The position numbers and the translations under genes are program-made. The notes below the pieces were generated by a model. The model was not told the DNA's origin and did no database searches. It saw only the letters and a program-made list of their open reading frames with translations. Below are positions 29,624-37,189 of a stretch of 64,000 nt of DNA, piece by piece. Within the stretch, counting starts at the first letter, position 1. Each line of letters starts with the position of its first letter. Origin of the DNA: a bacterium (lineage in GTDB: Bacteria > Patescibacteriota > Minisyncoccia > Sungbacterales > HO2-52-23); assembly GCA_030697705.1 (NCBI GenBank), contig JAUYPE010000017.1:5066-69065 (forward strand), in the 5' to 3' direction.

Positions 29624-30994
29624 CTATCCTCTTTCCCCGCCTTTTTCAATCAATTGCTCAACCTTTTGTTTTGCTTCTTCCAGAAGCTCTTTTGCTTTTA
29701 TGCGCGCCTCATGCGATTGCCTCACCAATTCAGCGATTTTTTGTTGAGCCGCTCTTGGTAAAATGGGAATAAGAATATCTTTTATACTCTCTTTTGGTAC
29801 GGCGGTGAGAATAGTGCCAGCACAGCGTTGTGTAAGCTGATTTTGCACAATGAAACTTTTTGCAATAACAAGCAGAACTTCCGGCAGAACTTCATCGCTT
29901 CTGAATTGAAAAAATCCGGTTGATGCCAGATACCCCTCTTGCTCTTGAGTGACAAGAGCAACTTTTCCCAGTGAACCCTCAACACTAGAGACGATTACAT
30001 CGCCCGCTTTCAATACTCTTTTTGCTCTGCTTGGAGCTTCTTTTCCTAAAACTTTCGTAAAGCCGTCAATTGTCCCGATAGCAGAATTAATATTGGAAAG
30101 CTCAACATAGTTAAAAGATTTATCGGGTTGCACCAGTGTATTAAACTTTGCAAGTACATTATCAAATACTTCCTCCAGCGAACTTGCTTTGTCTGACCTT
30201 AGTTTTGCAAGGAGTTTTTTATATTTCGGTTGAAAGTATTCAGCATCCATCCGGTGTGCATTCTCTATGTCCGAGAAATTGATAATGCTGTACAAATCCC
30301 CATCCGTCGTGAAATCCTTTAACCCCAGCTCCTCCAAAAGCAACTGTTCGGCTTGAGTGTAAAGAGATTTTGAATTCTCTAATTCATGGAGAAAATATTT
30401 GTATGTATCCCCTATTTGTTGTGTTACTTTCTGATCAAAAATAGGGATTTTGAACTTTTTAATCTGTCCAAGAAAGATATTTGCCTGAACGCTACTTACT
30501 ATCTCTCGTTGTGTTTGTAGTAAACCATATTTTGAATTGAGAAATGCGGTCAGATAATAAGGTGACATGGTGTCAAGCGGAGTAATTTTAGCGATAGCTT
30601 GATTGGCATTCGCGCTTCGTGGAAGGTTATGTGCTATTGCCGCGTTTCCGATTGTTCCCGCCATAGTGAGTAAAACTTGACCATTGTTGACTTTTGATTT
30701 TTTTAATATCTCATTAACTTTCTCGCTGATGTACTTTACACTGCTCAAATCAATATATCCGTCATGAACATCACCCACATTTATGTATGGTACGCCTGAC
30801 TCTTGCCATTCAATATGACTAGTAAGCGAGTACGCCCCAAAACTGATAACCGATTTTGAAATTTGCTCTAAGGTTTTTGTTTCTAGCATGGTAAATTTTT
30901 GCTCCAAAGCCAAATACTCCGGCTGATAATACTCCGCATCCAGCCGGTGCGCTCCCTCAAGTTGCGATTTTTGGATTATAGAGAAAGTTGCCAT
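29624..30994 (-). CDS. hsdS: restriction-modification specificity (S) subunit with two target-recognition domains
   Basis: Two TRDs, each followed by the conserved helical spacer (IPIFDQKVTQQIGD..; IPILPRAAQQKIAELV..). Start at MATFSII (ORF track 31102 would overlap upstream gene). Confidence 0.75.
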   Translation of the reverse strand: MATFSIIQKSQLEGAHRLDAEYYQPEYLALEQKFTMLETKTLEQISKSVISFGAYSLTSHIEWQESGVPYINVGDVHDGYIDLSSVKYISEKVNEILKKSKVNNGQVLLTMAGTIGNAAIAHNLPRSANANQAIAKITPLDTMSPYYLTAFLNSKYGLLQTQREIVSSVQANIFLGQIKKFKIPIFDQKVTQQIGDTYKYFLHELENSKSLYTQAEQLLLEELGLKDFTTDGDLYSIINFSDIENAHRMDAEYFQPKYKKLLAKLRSDKASSLEEVFDNVLAKFNTLVQPDKSFNYVELSNINSAIGTIDGFTKVLGKEAPSRAKRVLKAGDVIVSSVEGSLGKVALVTQEQEGYLASTGFFQFRSDEVLPEVLLVIAKSFIVQNQLTQRCAGTILTAVPKESIKDILIPILPRAAQQKIAELVRQSHEARIKAKELLEEAKQKVEQLIEKGGERG

Positions 30995-31079
30995 ACATGT
31001 GTGGATAACCCAGTATTGTTGAGTTTTTGTTGGTAGTGTGCTATGTTTAACTTGGTATATCGGAAGAGGGCGTCGACCG

Positions 31080-31889
31080 TTAGGACGATGGCCCTTTTTC
31101 ATTTGTCTCTAGGGATATAGGCAATCTTTGTTGTATGTCACCATCTACAAAGATATTGAATTTATAGTTTTTAAATCCTTGCGTAAAGTCAGAAACGCCC
31201 ACATTCTTCTTAAAATGTTCAAGAAATCTTCGTTTATATTTATCACCGCGCTGAATCATTCCGGTCTTAAATTTCAAGTCATACGATATCGCTCCAATCA
31301 TAAGATCAGCGATTTGAAGCAGATCATTTGATTTTGAGTCAAAACGCGCCACTCCTGCGATGGATAAGCGACTAAGAGCATCATTGATTTTTCTTTTCAC
31401 ATTCACTTCAAATTTTACATCACGAGGTACTGTTACATGATCAGCAATGACGATTGCGATTTCATTTTGCGCGATATTTGACTTGATAAGCCGAATGGTT
31501 ATATCCTCATACGCTTGCCAAGGATTGCCACCAAATTCCCTCTGAAAATAATTCCCTTGTTTATCAAGTGTATATGAGCAGAAATTGAATCCTTCCGTAG
31601 CAAAAAAAGCGTTTATGGCAAAGACAGCGAAATTAAAATTTTTGTCCGAGAGCTTGTTAAATTTAAGCTCATCATAAAATTGTCGTTTGCTCCTCTCATA
31701 AACGGTCTTGCTTTGAAGATAGTATGGCTGTGAGCATTTGATAGCGCCCACGGTAAAAAACGCCTCCGTCCGATTACTCAAACTTCCGCTCTCATCAAGG
31801 AAAAAGAACTTTGACCAGATGCTTTTATAATCGGCGAGCGCAAGATCTCCTCCTTTCTTATCTTTATGAAAAATTTTATCAAACATCAT
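31080..31889 (-). CDS. DUF3800 family protein inserted between the methyltransferase and S-subunit genes
   Basis: N-terminal FLDESG motif and C-terminal LLQIADLMIGAI motif, characteristic of DUF3800 as I recall it. Confidence 0.55.
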   Translation of the reverse strand: MMFDKIFHKDKKGGDLALADYKSIWSKFFFLDESGSLSNRTEAFFTVGAIKCSQPYYLQSKTVYERSKRQFYDELKFNKLSDKNFNFAVFAINAFFATEGFNFCSYTLDKQGNYFQREFGGNPWQAYEDITIRLIKSNIAQNEIAIVIADHVTVPRDVKFEVNVKRKINDALSRLSIAGVARFDSKSNDLLQIADLMIGAISYDLKFKTGMIQRGDKYKRRFLEHFKKNVGVSDFTQGFKNYKFNIFVDGDIQQRLPISLETNEKGPSS

Positions 31890-31899
31890 GATAGTGCAG

Positions 31900-33852
31900 T
31901 CAAAAACTAAACTTTTGCTCTTTTATAAACTTTAAAAATCCGTCGGCGATGTTGTCCAAGTCGCTGTCTAGTATCTTCTTGCCCCTTCCGTCATGAGCGT
32001 AATTTCCAATTGCGTCTTTCTTGTACATATAATCGCCGGAGTTGTCTTTGCCGCCCTTTTTAGACACAGCCATAAAAATCGGATAGTCCTTTTGCGGCTC
32101 ACCAGCTTCTCCGCCCCATTTCTGCAAAAACAGCACGCTCGTTTTTGTGCCGGTGTGAGGCTTGAATGTATTGCCGTGCAATCCGACCACAGCCAGTATC
32201 CGCGCCTTGTCAAAAAGATACTCGCGGATACTCTCCATATTGGTGTTATTAAGCACGCCCTGCGGAAGCACGATTGCCATTCTGCCGCCCGGGCGGATCA
32301 TATCAAGCGTGCGTTCAATGAAAAGAATATGCCGCTCGGCTTTGTTTACCAGTTTGCCTTTTTTCTTGCCGAAAAAATACTGGCGCAAGATGCCATGGTC
32401 TTTAATCTCGCCCGCAAACGGAGGATTGGTGAGCAGTATGTCAAAATTGAGATAGTGAAATGTTTTTTTATTTTCTTCATTGTCTGCGGTGGAGCCCATA
32501 TCAAACAATCTTTTCTGGAGTTCTGATCGCGCATAAAGCAGATGGCCGTCTTCTCCCTGCCATTCTCGGGAATCAAGGGAGTTGAGCTTAAACAGATGCG
32601 ATCTGCCATCTCCGGCGATAAGCATAAGCGCGCGGGATGTTTTGGAAATTTCGTCCGCAAAATCAATACCCCAGATATTTTTTTGAGCATATTCGCGCAT
32701 CGCCTCATCCGAGCCGCGCAAGTGCCTATCCTTGACGGAATACATCGCGCTGATGAGAAATCCGCCGGAGCCAGCCGCCGGATCTATGACATATTCGTCC
32801 GGTTTAGGATCAAGCATTTTGACGGCCATATTGATGACATGGCGCGGGGTGAAATACTGACCTTTCTTGCCTTTGGCAACTTCGGGTATGAGGTACTCAA
32901 ATGCCTCGTCAATGATTGAGAGATCGGAGCCGAACAGACGGGTTCGTTCAAGCTCTCCGACTACAACGGAAAGATGATCGGGAGACAAGCTGATGTTTTC
33001 CTGCTCGTAGAATGTGCCGGGCCATTTTTTGATAGCTTTTTTAAACAGGTCGTTGATGGTGTTGTATGTTTTTCCCGGATCGCGATATTTGCGAAAAAAG
33101 ATTTCTTTGTCCGGACGCACAAGCGCCTCCGACTCATCATAGAGCTTGGCGTACACAAGTTTGAACACCTCATTGAAAACATCAACGCCCGCGTTTGCAA
33201 GGACAAGCTCCTGCATGGAGTCAATGACTTCTTTGAGATTGATTTTCGTGTTTGTATGTTCAAAGTAGGTTTTCTTTGCTTCCAGAAGGTCATCAATGGT
33301 CTGATCCGATCTCGGAAGATCGGGAAGAGTGTCATTGAACTCGCGTGGGTAAAAACGATACAAGATGACGCGCTTGATGCCGTTTCCCCATACACCAATC
33401 TCCGCGCCCTCGGCGTTTAAATAACCTTTCATCTGCTCAATGCCTTTGCTCTCGGTGGGCGCTTTTACCTCCACAAGAATATAGGGGGTGATTTTGTCCG
33501 GCTTATAAACAACGATATCAACGGCTTTACTGTGAATTTCACGCCCGAAATGAATATCTTTTTCCGTATCCATTCGGTCAAACGGATAGTGATAGTGCTT
33601 ATTGAGCTTAGAGAGCCAAAGTTGGCGGACGATTTCTTCCGGCTTGCCGGTATTTTTCTTTTCATCAAAAACGAACCGAAGCTTGCCCGACTTCAAATCT
33701 TTAATGTAATAACGATCTTTTTCTTCTTCGGTAATGTGTAAAACATCATGAATAGCAATTCCCTCAAACTCTCTCAAGCCAAATGCCATTTCAGAGTCCC
33801 TGAAAATCTTTGTGATAATCTCTTCTGTTCTGTTTGGTTTTTTGGTGGGCAT
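31900..33852 (-). CDS. hsdM: N6-adenine DNA methyltransferase subunit with N-terminal PD-(D/E)xK nuclease-like (HsdR_N-type) domain; either type I HsdM fusion or type IIB (BcgI-like) A subunit
   Basis: MTase motif I VIDPAAGSGGFL and motif IV NPPF (LLTNPPFAG). N-terminal DIVVYKPD ... ILVEVKAP fits a restriction-endonuclease fold. No separate hsdR gene in the window. Confidence 0.75.
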   Translation of the reverse strand: MPTKKPNRTEEIITKIFRDSEMAFGLREFEGIAIHDVLHITEEEKDRYYIKDLKSGKLRFVFDEKKNTGKPEEIVRQLWLSKLNKHYHYPFDRMDTEKDIHFGREIHSKAVDIVVYKPDKITPYILVEVKAPTESKGIEQMKGYLNAEGAEIGVWGNGIKRVILYRFYPREFNDTLPDLPRSDQTIDDLLEAKKTYFEHTNTKINLKEVIDSMQELVLANAGVDVFNEVFKLVYAKLYDESEALVRPDKEIFFRKYRDPGKTYNTINDLFKKAIKKWPGTFYEQENISLSPDHLSVVVGELERTRLFGSDLSIIDEAFEYLIPEVAKGKKGQYFTPRHVINMAVKMLDPKPDEYVIDPAAGSGGFLISAMYSVKDRHLRGSDEAMREYAQKNIWGIDFADEISKTSRALMLIAGDGRSHLFKLNSLDSREWQGEDGHLLYARSELQKRLFDMGSTADNEENKKTFHYLNFDILLTNPPFAGEIKDHGILRQYFFGKKKGKLVNKAERHILFIERTLDMIRPGGRMAIVLPQGVLNNTNMESIREYLFDKARILAVVGLHGNTFKPHTGTKTSVLFLQKWGGEAGEPQKDYPIFMAVSKKGGKDNSGDYMYKKDAIGNYAHDGRGKKILDSDLDNIADGFLKFIKEQKFSF

Positions 33853-33855
33853 AGA

Positions 33856-34500
33856 TTATTTTATTGGTTTCCAGTAGTTGTTCTTTAAAACCGAAACCAC
33901 TTTACCTTTGAGCTCTACATCATCAGTAAAAAGGATATTATTATATTTTGGATTTTCCGGTTTGAGATACACATACGGGGGCTTATCATCAGACATAAAT
34001 CGTTTTATCGTACTGTCATCCCCGATCTGCGCATAGACAATCTCACCCGATATAAACTCTTTCTTTGTTTGCACTAAGACAGCATCACCATCATCAATGC
34101 CTGCGTTGATCATAGAATCGCCTAAAACTTTAAGAATGAATAGATCCTCATCCAAGCGAGAAATCTCCTTTGAGAGCGTTTTCCATTCTCCGGAAATCTC
34201 AAACGATTGAATGGGAGTGCCCGCGCTCGTAACTCCAAGGAACGCCGCGAGAGGCGGTTGGTCAAGGACATTATACCCTGTCCGTAATATGGCAAGCCCG
34301 CGCGCCGCCGTCTCATTGCGCCTTATCAATCCCGCTCGCTTGAGTTTCTCTAAAAGGTCCATCACCGACTGATTGGAAGAAACGCCAAGACGCTCCCGCA
34401 TCTCTTCAAATGTGGGTGGGTATCCCGTATCTCTCGTGTACTCGTATATAATACTTAAGAGCTCTTTTTGCCTCTTGGTAATGATCTTCTCCATCACCAT
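33856..34500 (-). CDS. lexA: LexA-family repressor (winged-helix DNA-binding domain plus S24 peptidase)
   Basis: N-terminal LTKRQKELL..GYPPTFEEM..LG..S...V..HL..L.RAGLI. C-terminal LKVLGDSMINAGIDDGDAVLV with catalytic Ser, and Lys in IKRF. Confidence 0.8.
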   Translation of the reverse strand: MVMEKIITKRQKELLSIIYEYTRDTGYPPTFEEMRERLGVSSNQSVMDLLEKLKRAGLIRRNETAARGLAILRTGYNVLDQPPLAAFLGVTSAGTPIQSFEISGEWKTLSKEISRLDEDLFILKVLGDSMINAGIDDGDAVLVQTKKEFISGEIVYAQIGDDSTIKRFMSDDKPPYVYLKPENPKYNNILFTDDVELKGKVVSVLKNNYWKPIK

Positions 34501-34509
34501 TAGTGTACC

Positions 34510-34523
34510 CGACCATATGTTCT
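34510..34523. promoter_or_regulatory. candidate LexA (Cheo-type) operator immediately upstream of lexA
   Basis: cgaccatatgttct matches CGAACRNRYGTTCG at 12/14 positions. It sits 10 nt upstream of the lexA start. Confidence 0.4.
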
Positions 34524-34783
34524 GGATGCAAATAGATGTCTGTGGATAAGTTCCACATAAGTTCGGAAGAAAATGGCGTTAGAATTTCCAATCAAGTAGT
34601 TGGCGAAGGTGAACGAGCCGCTGGAATTATTCACTGCAATGATTGTCATGAATAAGGCGTTGGTGGTATTCTTAACCGAGAGGCGGTAGTTCTCTTTATA
34701 TCGTATCGCCTGTGAAGTAAAGAAATAAAAGGTCGAAACATGTTATCTGCATTATAAACTTTACCGTAATTCTAGAACAAATC

Positions 34784-35671
34784 ATGAAAAAAATAATTAT
34801 CAGCTTGAGTGTGATCGCGGCGATAGCCGCAGTTGCGGTGGGTGCGACCACGGCGTTCTTCTCGGATACCGAGACCTCGCGAGGCAACACCTTTACCGCA
34901 GGAGCGATTGACTTAAAGATTGACAGCAGATGCCACTGGAGCGGCGGGGACACGGGATCAACGACGTGTCCGTGGGAGAGTGCGAATTGGCAAGAAACCG
35001 ATCTGGGAACTCAGAAATTCTTCAGCTTCAATGATATCAAGCCGGGTGACTGGGGAGAGAACACTATCAGCATCCATGTCCACGACAATGACGCATGGGG
35101 ATCGTGGGGCATTGCAAACGCAACGAGCAGTGAGGGCACTTGCACCGAACCTGAAACGGAAACGCAGGCATTGGGAACTACTCCGTGCGTGGAAAACGCC
35201 ACGCCGGGTCAGCTTAGAGCGGGCATGACCGGTAAGGCGTGGCTTGATCAGGGAAGTACTCCGGGATTTCAGTGCAATGATCCGAATGGTGATACGACAA
35301 CAGCCGGTGCGGGATGCCTTCGTGATCCGTTTGAGGGAGATAATGTGTGGCAACAACAATCTGAACCGGTAATCGCGAGCACTGTGGCTCCCCAGTCATT
35401 CTTTGATGTTTTCACGAATATTGATCTGGCAGGACCCCTTGCGGCAGAGGCGAGCGCAAAATGCGAGGCGGCGGCGGTAGACGGACACGATGACTACGGA
35501 CCATGCCACGGCCTTGCACGGGATGGTCGTTTGGTAGGGAGCGTTACTTATTACATCGGCTGGAAGTGGCATCTTGATCCCAGTACCGGAAATGAAGCGC
35601 AAACCGACACGCTTGGCGGCGATGTGTGGTTTAAAGCCGAACAGCACCGCAATAATCCCGGTCCCACCTAA
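34784..35671 (+). CDS. TasA/camelysin-like (peptidase M73 family) secreted protein with SipW-cognate signal peptide
   Basis: Signal MKKIIISLSVIAAIAAVAVGATTAFFSDTE (TIGR04088-type AFFSDTE motif). Camelysin-like FFSFNDIKPGDWGENTISIHV. Confidence 0.7.
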   Translation: MKKIIISLSVIAAIAAVAVGATTAFFSDTETSRGNTFTAGAIDLKIDSRCHWSGGDTGSTTCPWESANWQETDLGTQKFFSFNDIKPGDWGENTISIHVHDNDAWGSWGIANATSSEGTCTEPETETQALGTTPCVENATPGQLRAGMTGKAWLDQGSTPGFQCNDPNGDTTTAGAGCLRDPFEGDNVWQQQSEPVIASTVAPQSFFDVFTNIDLAGPLAAEASAKCEAAAVDGHDDYGPCHGLARDGRLVGSVTYYIGWKWHLDPSTGNEAQTDTLGGDVWFKAEQHRNNPGPT

Positions 35672-35742
35672 CGACGATCTTCGTCTTTGACGTAAACTAA
35701 CCTTCTCTTGGTTCTTATCAGAGCGGAGAGAAGATATGTCTC

Positions 35743-36537
35743 ATGAAAAAGATCATTTTTAGTTTGGGCGTGATCGGCGCGGTTGCCGTTATGGCGGTTG
35801 GGGGTACCGTTGCGTTTTTTAACGACACGGAGACCTCACAGGGTAATGTCTTTATAGCCGGATCCGTGGATCTGCAGGTGGACAGCTTCGGCGCGTCTTA
35901 CAATGGCGAGGATATTGAGACGCCCGGCTCGGCGTGGACCTCCCGAAATTTGACGAACCAGAAATTCTTTTCGTTTGACGACATTAAGCCCGGGGACTAT
36001 GGCATGCGTCACATCAGCGTACATGTGGACGGCAATCCTGCGTGGGCGTGCCTCCTCGTAACGAACAAAGAGGACGAAGAGAATGATCTGAACGATGCGG
36101 AGCATGACGCGGGAGATACCACACCGGATAGGGGCGAGCTCTCGCGCTACCTGCATGCCTTCGGCTGGCAGGACGATGACTCTGACGGAAGGTATGATCC
36201 GCACCATGGCGAAAAGGCGCTCAAAATCCACAACGATCCCGATGCGGACTTTAACTCGTTCTTTGATGTCTTCTATGATCTTGACATAGCCGACTCGCAG
36301 TCCAGCACCGATCCGCTTCCGCCAAATGGCCCGGCAACGACGCGCAATATCGCGGTTGCGTGGTGCGCGGGCGTGCAGTCGGTCAATCATCAGACGGGAG
36401 TAATCTCCTGCGACGGCTCCGATGTGCGGGATGATGCGCAGTCCGACTCGTTCAGTGCCGACGTGGTGCTCTACGGAGAACAGGTGCGCAATAATCCGAA
36501 TTTCAGGTGTGCGGACGTCCTCCTGCCTCCGCTCTAA
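35743..36537 (+). CDS. TasA/camelysin-like secreted protein with SipW-cognate signal peptide (paralog)
   Basis: VAFFNDTETSQGN and FFSFDDIKPGDYGMRHISVHV. Confidence 0.7.
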   Translation: MKKIIFSLGVIGAVAVMAVGGTVAFFNDTETSQGNVFIAGSVDLQVDSFGASYNGEDIETPGSAWTSRNLTNQKFFSFDDIKPGDYGMRHISVHVDGNPAWACLLVTNKEDEENDLNDAEHDAGDTTPDRGELSRYLHAFGWQDDDSDGRYDPHHGEKALKIHNDPDADFNSFFDVFYDLDIADSQSSTDPLPPNGPATTRNIAVAWCAGVQSVNHQTGVISCDGSDVRDDAQSDSFSADVVLYGEQVRNNPNFRCADVLLPPL

Positions 36538-36650
36538 TGTTAAGAAGAGTAACTCCACAAGATATGCGCTAAGACCTTTCACTCCCCCTCTCCGCTTGTG
36601 ACGGAGGGAGGGAGCACAGAGAGCTTATCACACAGGAGGTCTTGATTTTT

Positions 36651-37187
36651 ATGGACACAAAAAAAATTGCCATCACCAGTTATTATGTGTTTGTCAGCGT
36701 ACTCGGCATCGTGGGAGTTTTGGTTGTCGTTTCGGCTTTCCCGATTACCGGTAATTTTAAGATTATGGCGGTGTTGTCCGGCTCTATGGAGCCGGCTATT
36801 CGGACCGGCAGTATTGTCGTCGTGCGTCCCAGTACCAGCTATTCCATTGGCAATATTGTTACCTTCACCGGAACAAGTGGGGGGAAAAGCATCCCGATCA
36901 CGCATCGGGTGATGGAAATACGAGTGGATCGGGGCGTGCCTTCATATATAACTAAAGGAGACGCGAATAATGCGCCCGACGCACGGCTCGTTGCGCACCG
37001 AGAGATTATCGGGGGGTTGGTATTTTCTGTTCCCTATCTTGGCTATGGGGTGGAGACCGCGCGAAAGCCCTACGGTCTTGCGGCACTGATTCTGCTTCCC
37101 GCGGCATTGATCATCATTGACCAGGCGGGAAGAATTAAAAAAGAACTTGCCAGGTTACGACGCGAAAAAGAAGAAAAAACCATCTGA
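36651..37187 (+). CDS. sipW: signal peptidase I, SipW (S26B, archaeal/ER-type)
   Basis: LSGSMEP catalytic Ser box and conserved His in ITHRV. AGGAGG Shine-Dalgarno 12 nt upstream of ATG 36651. Confidence 0.75.
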   Translation: MDTKKIAITSYYVFVSVLGIVGVLVVVSAFPITGNFKIMAVLSGSMEPAIRTGSIVVVRPSTSYSIGNIVTFTGTSGGKSIPITHRVMEIRVDRGVPSYITKGDANNAPDARLVAHREIIGGLVFSVPYLGYGVETARKPYGLAALILLPAALIIIDQAGRIKKELARLRREKEEKTI

Positions 37188-37189
37188 AC

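Noticed and set aside
35836-36582. 248-aa minus-strand ORF.
   Set aside because: Antisense to the second TasA/camelysin-like gene, whose SipW-cognate signal and KPGD motif identify the real frame.
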